Shown here one piece after another: positions 11,121-21,836 of a DNA stretch of 64,000 nucleotides; position 1 is the stretch's first letter; each line of letters begins with the position of its first letter. The DNA comes from Trichomonas gallinae (lineage: Eukaryota): contig MRSU01000013.1 in the NCBI GenBank assembly GCA_008369845.1, positions 1 through 64,000 of the forward strand, read 5' to 3'. The notes beneath the pieces are model-generated. The model saw only the letters and a program-made list of their open reading frames with translations, had not been told where the DNA came from and did no database searches. The translations under genes and the position numbers were made by a program.

Positions 11121-11462
11121 TTAGCTTTCTTGTGTTTGATCACCGAATAAGTCTTCTTTGAGCTTTTCCTCGATCAAATCTGCAAGCTCACGAATTTTTG
11201 CTTCGTGTTCAATTATAAGATTATTCAATAAATCGTCAATAGCCTTTGGTTTTGTCATGGCTGTCTTTAAGTATAATTGTTTGTCTTCTTCGTCATTTTC
11301 ATCCCATAACATTGACTCTGGTTGTTCGTAATCATTAATATCGATTTCTTGTTCTTCAGGGAAAGTTCTCTCAACGAGCGACTTGTGGGCTGAAGACTTT
11401 GTAATGGATTTGTCTGATTCACTCTGGCCATCAACTGATTTTGCAGCAGAAGATTTTTTCAT
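11121..11462 (-). CDS. Hypothetical small acidic/coiled-coil protein
   Basis: 113-aa ATG ORF; TCACTTT Inr-like sequence and TGTCATGTAA motif upstream. Confidence 0.65.
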   Translation of the reverse strand: MKKSSAAKSVDGQSESDKSITKSSAHKSLVERTFPEEQEIDINDYEQPESMLWDENDEEDKQLYLKTAMTKPKAIDDLLNNLIIEHEAKIRELADLIEEKLKEDLFGDQTQES

Positions 11463-11676
11463 TTTTTGTAAAGAGCAGTTTTACAAAAGTGAAGATAAAT
11501 GTAAACTTTACAAAAAATTACATGACAGATTATTAATATTTTGCAAAACAACATTTTAGTTGAAATATATATATATATGGCATCACCTCTTTTTGTTTAT
11601 GCTCGACAACTGATGTTAATAATCTTTACAATTAGCGCTTTCTCAGGATCAATCAATTAATAAAAATATCGATGAC

Positions 11677-12331
11677 ATGATAAAATTTCAAAATTCATAT
11701 AAGATGTTCATCGAAGTTTATAATGTACTCAATCGCATCATGATGGAAAACGATTTTGATGTTATGAATTTTGCTGTGAAAGAGAAATTTTGTGATATTA
11801 AAGATGAATATGATCAAACTATTTTTGAGCGTTCAATCAGGAAAAGGAATTTCCATCTAGCTTGCTTCATAGTAGAATTTGGCGGAAACAGCAGCTATAA
11901 TTAATGGATCTTTTAATGAGTTTGATGTTAATGAATCTTTAATTTATGTTATTCGATATAGTCGGCTTGATATTGCTAAGTTCCTTATCACTATACCTGT
12001 AATAAATGTCAACGCAATTTCATGTTACGGTTATATAGCTTTGAATGTTGCTCCAGAAAAGGTAATTATGAATTTGTTAAACTCCTTCTTTCAGATCCTG
12101 GAATAAATGTCAATTTAAAAAGCTTTATCGATGAAACAGCTTTGATGAATGTTTCACAATTTGGTCATCATGAAGTTATCAAACTCTTACTGGCATATCC
12201 AGGAATTGACATCATTATAAAAAAACTATGAAAACAAAACAACTTTGATGAAAGCGTCCGGAAAAGAACATGTTAAAGTTGTCAAACTGCTTCTCCCAGT
12301 TCCTGGAATAGATATATATGTTACAGTCTAA
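11677..12331 (+). pseudogene. Ankyrin-repeat pseudogene
   Basis: Ankyrin text (RKGNYEFVKLLLSDPGINVN, TALMNVSQFGHHEVIKLLLAYPGIDI, GKEHVKVVKLLLPVPGIDI) split over several frames by frameshifts. Confidence 0.8.
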
Positions 12332-12727
12332 ATTAGAAAGTGCATCATTAATTTCATTGAAAAACTACACAGATTTTTTAAAGTTAATCTGAAAATTGAT
12401 TCTTGAAGTTTTTTTTTGACAATATGACATGTAAACATTATATTTAATCCTTGACCGGGTAAAAGGTCTATAGAAGAACTAAATAAATATATAAAATTAT
12501 TAATATTTTACCAAAATAAAAATATAAAAATTGTTTTTTATTTTTGCAAAGCGATGTATTTCTATGCAATATTATGTAATTATTTTTCCTATCGTGACGA
12601 TAAATCTCTCTCAAAATTGAATGAGTAATAAATTGAAGGAATAGAAAATAACAATAATCATAATAATATAATATTAATTATTATAAACATTTAAAAAATT
12701 GAGAAAAATCCATTTTCCATAACTGCC

Positions 12728-13774
12728 ATGATGCCTCGCAAAAAAAGGCTTCATGTAAATACAGATCTTAAACCATTGTATATCACTATTGCTGTTATCA
12801 TTATCGAGACAATGATTGGATATATACGTGGAGCGGTTATTAGTGTATCAGAATCGATTGATCTTATTTATCTATGGGTAAATGGCAGTGATCCGACATT
12901 TATTACGCGTTATAATATAGCTAAAGGTATTGTAGATTACAACTATTCTAAAGAGAACTTTGAAATTCGTTTTGTTGAGAAAAATGAATTTTTAATTTCA
13001 TTAAGGACAGTATTTCAGTTTCTTCCATGGATAAATAAGATACATATAGTGACTAATAATCAAATCCCATATTGGTTAAATAAATCTCATCCAAAATTCA
13101 ATTTTGTTAATCATGATCAAATTTTTGTTAAAAAAACAGAGACGTTTAACACAAATTCTATACACTTCGCATTGAATAATATACAAGGCCTGGCTAATCA
13201 TTTCATCCTCGCAGATGATGATTTCTTTTGGACAAAGCCAGTGAAAAAATCATATTATTTCGACGGCGATTTTCCAATTTACAGGGTGGAACAACTAAAG
13301 AAAACAATCAAAGATGAATACAAAGAAGCAGAAAGCTGCGTGAATAACGACGACAAGACTGTTTTCTGGAGGTCGATGTTGAATGCATGGGATTTGGTTT
13401 CCCAAAATTCAGCGATGCCAATTCCAAAATTTGTCTATGGCCATGTCGCTGAGCCAATGAATTTAGAACATGTTAAACATCTGATTAATAAGTATGGACT
13501 TGAGTGGAACAGAGACATGATATTTAGGAACTGCTCTATGATCCACTACCAGTCAACAATGATATATGACCACTATGTGCAAGGAATAGCAAAATTAAAA
13601 TTCGATGACTTTTTCGCATATTTTTGGGAAGATTGTGATCAACTCATGGTGCAACTTATGCACAATAAGCCAAGAGGGGCATCATATTGTCTCAATCACT
13701 GCAAAGTAGAGCATTATCAGCAGTTATTAAGCATGTTTCCGCCTTGCGAATTCGAAAATGGATTCAAATTATAG
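12728..13774 (+). CDS. Stealth-family hexose-1-phosphate phosphotransferase, type II membrane
   Basis: CR1 IDLIYLWVNGSDP; CR2 EFLISLRTV..PWINKIHIVT..QIPYWL..TFNTNSI..IQGLANHFILADDDFF; CR4-like YCLNH; N-terminal TM anchor. Confidence 0.85.
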   Translation: MMPRKKRLHVNTDLKPLYITIAVIIIETMIGYIRGAVISVSESIDLIYLWVNGSDPTFITRYNIAKGIVDYNYSKENFEIRFVEKNEFLISLRTVFQFLPWINKIHIVTNNQIPYWLNKSHPKFNFVNHDQIFVKKTETFNTNSIHFALNNIQGLANHFILADDDFFWTKPVKKSYYFDGDFPIYRVEQLKKTIKDEYKEAESCVNNDDKTVFWRSMLNAWDLVSQNSAMPIPKFVYGHVAEPMNLEHVKHLINKYGLEWNRDMIFRNCSMIHYQSTMIYDHYVQGIAKLKFDDFFAYFWEDCDQLMVQLMHNKPRGASYCLNHCKVEHYQQLLSMFPPCEFENGFKL

Positions 13775-14295
13775 ATTTTTTTTTATAGAACCACGATTTG
13801 TGTGTTTGCATCATGATTTTTATTATGTTTACACACATAATCGTCAATCATATTAGCAAATTGTTTGTGAAATAGCAATAAATTTCATTTTTTTGTTAAA
13901 CTATCCAATAACAATTATTTAAACATATCTTGAGAATACATTTGCATATTCAAAGTTGTTAACAATTAAACTATGATTTGAAAAAATATCAAATTTCAAA
14001 ATTACTGGAAATGAACTTAGATGATGTGCGAAATGATCTTTTGATAAATGTTATTATATTAATTAAATAGTAAAATATTAGATGAAAATTCTGATAATTG
14101 ATTCTATGAGCTCTGTAAGATAAATAATTAATATATATGTCTAATACAATATAATATAGAAATATAGGCCTATAACAATCAATTTTGAAATTTCATCAAA
14201 TTTAAAAATTGTTTAGAATCGTTTCTTATTGATGAAAATGGAATTTATTTTGTCTTCTTATTCAGGATTCGTTATTTAAAACTTTTAAAAATTCT

Positions 14296-14314
14296 TCATT
14301 TCTAAAAAAGTGAC
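14296..14314 (+). promoter_or_regulatory. Inr (TCATT) plus AAAGTGAC core-promoter motif; AAAGTGAC/GTCACTTT also at 3398, 6726, 10740, 35900, 48433, 53583, 57502
   Basis: The motif recurs within about 10-55 bp of ATGs in either orientation and matches the trichomonad Inr and, as recalled, the 'M2' motif. Confidence 0.65.
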
Positions 14315-14324
14315 AATATTTTTT

Positions 14325-14711
14325 ATGTTTGCTGTTGTAGGAAATAACAACTTGCTTTTTTCAATGGAATTAACAGCACTCGATCCTGCTGCAAGCGATA
14401 AATCATATCAGTACCAATTCATCCTTTATGCGTCCTTGGATTCTCTCGATCTCAAGGATCAAAATGCATTCCGCGACTGCATCGACACATCCGAGCAAAA
14501 TTCTATCAGCGCTTACGTTACAGCAGGTCAAACAGCTTTCCTTCTTTTACATCCTAAAAAGAAAAGTGATTCAATCAAAAAATTCTTCAAACATGTTCAC
14601 ACAGCCTACGCTGAGCTGTTGATGAACCCATTCTATCAAGTTGGATCGCCAATTGAAGATGATAAATTCAAGAAAGCCGTTCAGGAAGCTGTCAGCATTA
14701 TTGTTGGTTAA
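14325..14711 (+). CDS. TRAPPC2: Sedlin / TRAPP complex subunit 2 (Trs20)
   Basis: FAVVG..L..YQFILYASLD..ISAYVTAGQTAFLLLH..IKKFFKHVHTAYAELLMNPFY longin-fold signature; first ATG at 14325. Confidence 0.85.
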   Translation: MFAVVGNNNLLFSMELTALDPAASDKSYQYQFILYASLDSLDLKDQNAFRDCIDTSEQNSISAYVTAGQTAFLLLHPKKKSDSIKKFFKHVHTAYAELLMNPFYQVGSPIEDDKFKKAVQEAVSIIVG

Positions 14712-15246
14712 ATTTCATTTATTCGATCATGAATTTATACATATCCACAATATGCATATGCATAGCACGGTTGCTTAATGTAAATTTTAACATAAATCTT
14801 ATCTTTATTTTATAGTGATAGAATCTACAAAGTCATGCTTATATACTTTGGTACTATAAGGATTTATAATGCAATTTTGGCAAAGAAGTTAATAATCTCT
14901 TGAGTCTGAGATCAAAAATATATTTTCATTTTTTGTTTTATTATGAAAATTGAAAAATTATAGTGTCCATCTTATATGAACGCATTTCTCAATATGATTA
15001 TAAGTCTGATTGATTTGATCAATGAAGATCGTGTTTTACTTAGTTATATGTTGATGGTTATTGGTTTACTAGTCTGCAATGAATAGTATACTTAATATAT
15101 AATCACTCCTTAGCTAATGACAAAAAGAATTGTAAAAATGAAATTTTTTGTTTTTGTAATATTGATTGTAGATTCATTTACGATATTAAGATGTTTCCTA
15201 ATAAGACTCCAATGTCAAATTAAAGTAATTCATTCAATATAGTAAT

Positions 15247-15362
15247 TCATTTTCGCCTTAAAATAAAAACTTCACCTATTGAATTTACATGTCAATTTGC
15301 CGGTATCACAACTGGCAAAAAGCCCATAATTTGAGAGGTTTTAATTTTAAGGCGCAAAATGA
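15247..15362. repeat. ~115-bp fold-back element with imperfect terminal inverted repeats (MITE-like)
   Basis: cgccttaaaataaaaacttc pairs with gaggttttaattttaaggcg at 18/20; inner hairpin tttgccggt/actggcaaa. Confidence 0.6.
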
Positions 15363-15511
15363 GATACTTTAAGAAGAAAATTATTAGTATTACAATGATA
15401 TAGCCATCTTCATAAATAAAATTGTATGAAAATGTTGTTATATTATTTACTGATTATTGCATATAGCAAAAAATGGATTGAATTATGGTAAATGTAAACA
15501 TCAGAAAGCAA

Positions 15512-15550
15512 AAAAGTATCAAACATTTTAGCAAAATGTTTGATACTTTT
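15512..15550. repeat. Perfect 18-bp inverted repeat with 3-nt loop
   Basis: aaaagtatcaaacatttt-agc-aaaatgtttgatactttt; imperfectly extendable to 15501-15560. Confidence 0.85.
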
Positions 15551-15621
15551 GCGTTTTTGAACTTCGAAATTTCAAGGTGAATTCAAAATTGAATGAAACC
15601 GTGAAAAATATGACAACTATT

Positions 15622-15830
15622 ATGAATTGTTTTACCAATCGTTAAAGCGAAAGTGTACAATTCTAAATACAAGAACATTATAAATACAACGATTTCACAC
15701 TTTGGTCTAAATATTTCGATCCAACAACTTGTCCAGAAGTATTTTCGAAAAGTACCGATGATAGCAACTATTCGGTATCACGATGTAAATTTGAATACTT
15801 CAAAGATACATGTATCTAGTCATAGAAAAC
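15622..15830 (+). pseudogene. Decayed partial duplicate of the 5' end of the 17573-18667 gene
   Basis: Aligns with 17573-17815 (ctttggtctaaatattt.gatccaacaac.tgtcc.gaagtattttcgaaaagt), with a ~27-bp deletion and extra stops. Confidence 0.85.
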
Positions 15831-16468
15831 ATGTCCAAGCACATTAAAGAATAGACTTCAAGAATTGCCTTAAAACATGTCTAATATCATTTCTATATGC
15901 ACAGTACCACTACTATGCTTATATAAGACCATATTATGTATGTATTTACTGTTTCAAACATAACAATTCAAAATCAACGAATTATACCTCAAAATTGTAT
16001 TATTTCATCACATTAATAGACTATTACATATATAGTTATAATATACTGGTATTTTTGTTTGAAAGAAAGATAATAGCTGTGAAAATATCTAAAAACATAT
16101 TTTTGACATTGTAATGTATTTATTTGGCAAATTAAATGTTTATGTGGCAAAATATTATTTTCGTTTTTTGCTTATATAGACGTATAAGTATACCTGTATG
16201 CATGAGAGATAGTGTTTTAGTCATTTTTTGTTCAAATAATTTACAAGATTAAATTGTATCATACAGTTACACAAAATAGATTTTCTATATATCAAATAAA
16301 CATTGTACATGTTGTAATTATCGAATTAAAAATGGATTCTGAGATTAGTAATAGTAATAGTGATAGTAATTGCATAATCTCTGGTTTAAGCAATCTTTGT
16401 ATCGTGTAGAATCATTGTATCTGTCAGAAATCATGTATTTTCAATCATTTTCACCGTGAATAAATATC

Positions 16469-16664
16469 GACCTGCAAATTGTTTCTTGCTCTTGCAGGTC
16501 AAACACCACAAATGGCGTTAAAACCAAGGAATCTGCAATAAAAGAAGCCATTCTTGCGGAATGCGAATAATATGTTATTAGCCCTCCATGCGTAATGAAA
16601 CGTCGTATAGGTTTTAGACATGTAAGAGTAGCGGCCTGCAAATCGTTACTTGCTCTTGCAGGTT
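16469..16664 (+). repeat. Two copies of a 32-nt hairpin unit (16469-16500, 16633-16664)
   Basis: gacctgcaaattgtttcttgctcttgcaggtc and ggcctgcaaatcgttacttgctcttgcaggtt; 9-bp stems. Confidence 0.8.
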
Positions 16665-16694
16665 AAATTCGTAATCAATGAAACGATTTGCGGA

Positions 16695-16781
16695 AATTCT
16701 TCGCTTTTGTGCCTCTTCGAGGAGCCTTGATGTATTTGTGGTATTACAACCACTCTGAAGAGGCACAAAAAGGAGAAAATT
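16695..16781. repeat. Long hairpin with perfect 14-bp core stem
   Basis: ttttgtgcctcttc (16705-16718) pairs with gaagaggcacaaaa (16757-16770); imperfect outer extension; inner gtggt/accac mini-stem. Confidence 0.8.
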
Positions 16782-17572
16782 GTATGTCGTAATATTATCG
16801 AAGTTAATGATATTATCTATGTATCATTATTCTATGTATTGCTTAGATTCATACTGCATTAATGCATTAATTTTTCTGAATAATCAGATCGAAAAAATTT
16901 GAAAAATCGAAAAATAACGAACCAAACTCATTAAAAATGTATTTAAATAGGCTTATAACATAATTATTAGTGTTGCAAATGCGAAAGATATTCTAAAAAT
17001 TTCACAAAATCCATTTTCGCTGTATCCCATGCAAAATAGCCTTATTTTGATATACTTTCTCTTCCAACAACTGCGCAGATACCCTCTAAATAAATGCTCA
17101 TATCATGCTTATTTAACTTAGATATAAGAGGGTTAACTGAGTTAAGAGAATGTTCTTGTATATGAGTTGTAAGTATTGACAGAACAAATAAGCTCATATA
17201 CAAGCAAACAATATAGAAAAGTTTTGTAACGTTTTGTTTAATTTTTGTCAATTTTGAGTCATGACTAAAAATTGACAAAAATATCGAATATAATATGTAT
17301 TGACTTGAAAATATATATATATGAAATGGTATATAATAATATTATGATAACGTTCAACTGATTGGGGTTTGTAGTCATCACCTTTTTTTTTTTGTTCGAA
17401 GCAAAAAATATACATTGATAAATTGGATCTTATTAAAGCAAATAATTATTATTTTGTCACTTTTCGATTTTTCAACTCAAAATTATAATATCATTCTTTA
17501 TCCATTAAAATTTCATTTTTTGTAATAATAACCTTAATATAATAAATAATTTTATTTTATATCGTCCATTTT

Positions 17573-18667
17573 ATGAAGTGTTTTTTGATTTGTTTAAGTG
17601 AAAGTGTAGAATCCTAAATACAACAACAATATAAATACAACAATTGCGCTCTTTGGTCTAAATATTTTGATCCAACAACATGTCCGGAAGTATTTTCGAA
17701 AAGTCAAACCCAATTAGTCAGACTTAATAGTACAGATGATAGCAACTATTTTGTTTCACGATGTAAATTCGCTTATTTCAAGGACACATGTATCTCAATC
17801 GATAGAAATCCACAGAAAAGCACAATATTGTCACATGATTGCACATTTTTAAATAATAACTCAACACAAGCTACTTGCATTAACTTTCATATAGGCTACT
17901 ACATCCAATATCGAGTTTGTAGCATGAATTGCAATTCTTCACATACACAATATGGATTATCATTTAGTATGGAAATTTCCGCGAAATCAGATGGTTTTAG
18001 TGTCATTGAAGATTCATCAACAGCATGTGATGTTGCTCCTCAAGGAATGTCTATTTATTGTCAAAAATATGGTATGTGTTCAATGAAGTCTTTAAATGTT
18101 TCAAAATGCAACTCAAATCAAAATGTTTGCTATTTTATTTGGAATGAAGCAAATGGACAATCTTTAATAAAATTTTGCTCATTCACAGATAATGTTGCAG
18201 AAAAAGATGTATGTTTTTCACATATGAACTCAAAGCACTTCATAGAACGATGTCATTATTTAAACAATAGTGAGAACGGACTCACCAAATCCCATGGAAT
18301 TTTTTCTGTAGCTGAAGGTTCTAAAGGAGAAAGGAGTACTACATATGTTTATATCTCAGACAGCATTATTAAAAACAATAATGGAACTGTTTTGTTTAAC
18401 ATTTGGAAACGTAGGTCACAGAGCCAAATTCTTGTCCTAGGATGTGTAATTAGTAATCCTATGATATCAATAATATCAACTGGCACAGGAACAGTTTCAT
18501 TAAATATGACAGATTCTACAGAAAGATACAAAGGACTTTTCGACGAGTTCTTTGTAGGCGACTGTTATTTTCCTCCAAAAATCATGGAAAATTCGTGTAT
18601 TTGTGATTCATATCACGCACGCGTTGATTCTTGTCCCTTTTTCTTATTTGTATATCAAATTTATTAA
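17573..18667 (+). pseudogene. Cys/Asn/Ser-rich beta-helix-like putative surface protein gene with one premature stop
   Basis: ATG 17573 (MKCFLICLSESVES) is in frame with the 17828-18667 ORF but has TAA at 17615-17617. CxFxNN-type repeats and a hydrophobic C-terminus. Confidence 0.65.
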
Positions 18668-18743
18668 ACTATGAATAAACTATTTTCAAAATAAAATACT
18701 TGACAAGTAACAGTTATATTTTTGACATATAAAAGTGAAATAA

Positions 18744-21700
18744 ATGGATAAAAATGGAATTCCTGACCTTAGCAGTCTTGCTTTCAACTCGAGTGATGTA
18801 GCAGATATGTCTGGTCAGAATATTGCTACATTTTCATCCATTGAAGGTCGTCTTCCAAAGCATGATATCCATATTATTAAAGTTCGATCTAATAATTTAC
18901 AGAAATTCGACAAAGATTTTTTCATGAAACACAAAAGTATCAAATACCTTGACGTTTCCGATAACGAAATTCAAGATTTAAACGGAATTGAATTATTGGA
19001 AGATTTAGTTCTACTCGATTGTTCAAAAAACTTCGTTAGTCGTCTTTCAAATCTAGAAAAATGCGCGAATCTTAAAAGATTGCTTATCTCTTCCAATGAA
19101 ATTACCTCGGTTTTTTTAAAATCTGCTGTTCCTAGGCTTGTTGTCTTAGATTTGCATAAAAACCTGATAAAAAGAATCGATTTCGGAAAATATTTTCCAA
19201 CAGTTTCAGAACTTTACGTTGATGGCTGCCAATTAACTTCGATTAACGGAATTCAAGATTTTCCTTCTTTGAAACATTTTACGGCGAAAAATAACCAAAT
19301 CTACGATGTGGACAATGTTACGAGCTCAACTTTAGCTGATGTTGATTTAATGGGAAACAAAATTTCAAAATTAAATTTTATAATGAAATTTCCAAATCTA
19401 GTGTTTATTAATATAGCTAATAACCCAATTACAGATAAATCACTCGAAGGAATCAAGCCATGTCCATCAGTTAGAGCACTTCGGATCTCAAAAACAGATA
19501 TTACACGAACAGCGCCGTTTTTAATAATGGTGCCAAATATAGAATTGGTTGAACTCGATGATACAAAAATTAATGATTATATTGATATTCTGCAATACGT
19601 AAAAAACGCAAAGAAGCTTAGATTGTTGAGTTTACGCAATACTCCACTCACAAAGAACCTATATAACTTCAAAGATACTGATGTAGACAAAAAATGGACT
19701 TCATTAGAAGAATATCAGAAAGAAAGAGGTGTAAACGAAGAACTTACAAAGTATAGACAAGGAATCCTTGATTGTGGACAAATGATTGAAATATTAGATA
19801 CGATTATCGTTAGCGATCAAGAAATATTAAATGGAACTTACGAATATGAAGAATCCCTTCACGAAGTCGCAAGTGACGAATACGAAAACGAAGAAGAAGA
19901 CCATTTTTACAATCCTTTGCCCCTGCAGCCAATGAGCCAGAATTTTTCAGAAAATGAAACTGCAGAATTTTCGACTCAGACAGAAAAACTGGTGTTACAG
20001 ATCTCAAAGCCTGCCACTACATACGAAATCAAGCTAAAAGAGCTCAAACTGCAACAAGATGATTTTGATCAAATTTATTTTGAGCCAATTCCTAAATCAA
20101 CACTGTCTATATCACGTTCTGTGTCAAAAGAAATACCTGAGAAGGAAATCAGGCTTAGATCCAGCGCAAACGATGTTTTTGAACTTAAACCTAAGGAAAA
20201 ATATCGTGTCATGGACTTAAATCAAGTATTTATGATTACGCCTCTTCCAAAGAAAGAAAGACATGTTGTTTGTTTATCTACAGCAAACCCGTCAATAATT
20301 GCTGACATTTCTCCAAAAATTCGAACGAATACAGTTAACAAACAGGATGTTTTCGCGTTCGTTCCACCCAAGAAGGTTTTGTCTCAACAATCTGATAAAA
20401 TCTTCGAAAATGAAGAACAACGGAAAATTAATCTTTCAAAAAAATCAGACGAAGTCTTTGATTTCCATGTCATAAGGAATATGTCCAAGAACGCATCTGA
20501 AATTTTTACTCAGGAAGCTAAGAAAACGGTGAATTTGTCCAAATTTAACGCTAATATATTCCAAATTAACGAAAAGAAGCAGTTTTCGCGAGAATCATCG
20601 CAGATATTCACACAACAAGCTAAAAGAACTGTGAAATTAACTAATTTTAACGCAGATCTTTCTATAAAGGACGAAAAAAAGAAATTAACGGAAGAATTTT
20701 CGCAGATGTTTACTCAGCAAGCTGAAAAACCAGTGAAATTAACTAAATTTAACGCTGATATATTCCAAAAGAACGAAATGAAGCAATTATCGAAGGAATC
20801 ATCTAATATATTCACACAGAAAGCCAAGAAAGCTGTGAAATTATCGAAATTCAATTCAGATATCTTTGATAAAAATGTAAAGCAGAAAGCTCTCACTAAA
20901 ACATCATCATCACAAGTTTTCGAAGCCAGACCAAAGAAGAAATCCAAATTATCAAAGCATTCATCAACTGTATTCGATAAGGCTTTTAGGAAACCGCAAA
21001 TTGGCTTCACTTCTGTCTCATTCGAAGTAAGCCAACAAGAAGAGCCTAAAATCGATATCAATAAACTCGACATCGAAAAAAGAGATAAAATTATTCGTAA
21101 ACTCATGAAAAAGAACGAAGAACTTCAAGCAACAATATCGCAACTTAGTGTTGACAAAGGTGCCGACTACCAAAGGCAAATCGACGAATATGTAAGAAAA
21201 ATTAAACATCTAAAGCAAAGCCAAGAAAAACACTTGATCGAAATCGGAATCCTTCGAGAAAGAACAAGATCGCAATCGCAAGAAATAGAGAAACTTATCT
21301 CAAAGATACCATCGAATGATGCGAAGTCGATGACATTGATCGAGAAAATGTTCAACGCCGTGGAATCTCAAAATCAGTTCCTCGTGAAAAAAGTTTCATC
21401 GATCAAGCCTCAAATTGTCGAAAGCGGAGACAAGTCTATTCTTTTAGTTATCGACAACCTTCTAAAGCAGAACAGAACACTCCACAACGAAATTATCAGA
21501 AGCACGCTCGAGAAAAGCGAGGAATCAACCGTCACTGAATCAGAGCTCGAATTATCGCCGAAGAAAACGCACAGAAGGAAGAAGCCCATTGATTCCAGGA
21601 TCATCGCCAGACAGTGGATGTCTCAGACGTCATCAAGCGAAATCACTGAGTCAGACTCGATCTCGTATTCATATCTACCGTCTGAATATGTTCTCAGGAA

Positions 21701-21836
21701 GAAGTCCCACCATCAGAGCAAAACACAAGTGAATCCATTTGGTTTGTCAGCTGACGCTCCGCTTTGGAATCCTGATAAATACTCAAAGCCAAAGATGGAT
21801 CCAAACCCTTCGTACTCTATTTCATCATATAATTAA
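18744..21836 (+). CDS. SDS22-like leucine-rich-repeat protein with internal 34-aa repeats and C-terminal coiled coil
   Basis: LxxLDxSxNxI repeats over the first ~300 aa; LRR-cap-like YRQGILDCGQMIEILD; coiled coil near aa 780-860. Confidence 0.8.
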   Translation: MDKNGIPDLSSLAFNSSDVADMSGQNIATFSSIEGRLPKHDIHIIKVRSNNLQKFDKDFFMKHKSIKYLDVSDNEIQDLNGIELLEDLVLLDCSKNFVSRLSNLEKCANLKRLLISSNEITSVFLKSAVPRLVVLDLHKNLIKRIDFGKYFPTVSELYVDGCQLTSINGIQDFPSLKHFTAKNNQIYDVDNVTSSTLADVDLMGNKISKLNFIMKFPNLVFINIANNPITDKSLEGIKPCPSVRALRISKTDITRTAPFLIMVPNIELVELDDTKINDYIDILQYVKNAKKLRLLSLRNTPLTKNLYNFKDTDVDKKWTSLEEYQKERGVNEELTKYRQGILDCGQMIEILDTIIVSDQEILNGTYEYEESLHEVASDEYENEEEDHFYNPLPLQPMSQNFSENETAEFSTQTEKLVLQISKPATTYEIKLKELKLQQDDFDQIYFEPIPKSTLSISRSVSKEIPEKEIRLRSSANDVFELKPKEKYRVMDLNQVFMITPLPKKERHVVCLSTANPSIIADISPKIRTNTVNKQDVFAFVPPKKVLSQQSDKIFENEEQRKINLSKKSDEVFDFHVIRNMSKNASEIFTQEAKKTVNLSKFNANIFQINEKKQFSRESSQIFTQQAKRTVKLTNFNADLSIKDEKKKLTEEFSQMFTQQAEKPVKLTKFNADIFQKNEMKQLSKESSNIFTQKAKKAVKLSKFNSDIFDKNVKQKALTKTSSSQVFEARPKKKSKLSKHSSTVFDKAFRKPQIGFTSVSFEVSQQEEPKIDINKLDIEKRDKIIRKLMKKNEELQATISQLSVDKGADYQRQIDEYVRKIKHLKQSQEKHLIEIGILRERTRSQSQEIEKLISKIPSNDAKSMTLIEKMFNAVESQNQFLVKKVSSIKPQIVESGDKSILLVIDNLLKQNRTLHNEIIRSTLEKSEESTVTESELELSPKKTHRRKKPIDSRIIARQWMSQTSSSEITESDSISYSYLPSEYVLRKKSHHQSKTQVNPFGLSADAPLWNPDKYSKPKMDPNPSYSISSYN
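20496..20880 (+). repeat. Coding tandem repeat, 102 bp (34 aa) x ~4
   Basis: Units start at 20496, 20598, 20700 and 20802 (SxIFTQxAKKxVKLxKFNADIF..). Confidence 0.85.

Noticed and set aside
16690..16704. GGAAATTC as an RNase P/MRP CR-I motif
   Set aside because: No matching CR-V/P4 partner at a plausible distance; the sequence is used in a simple local hairpin.
17600..17650. Short spliceosomal intron removing the premature TAA
   Set aside because: No trichomonad-type branch/3' signal (CTAAC..ACAG) or suitably placed AG seen.
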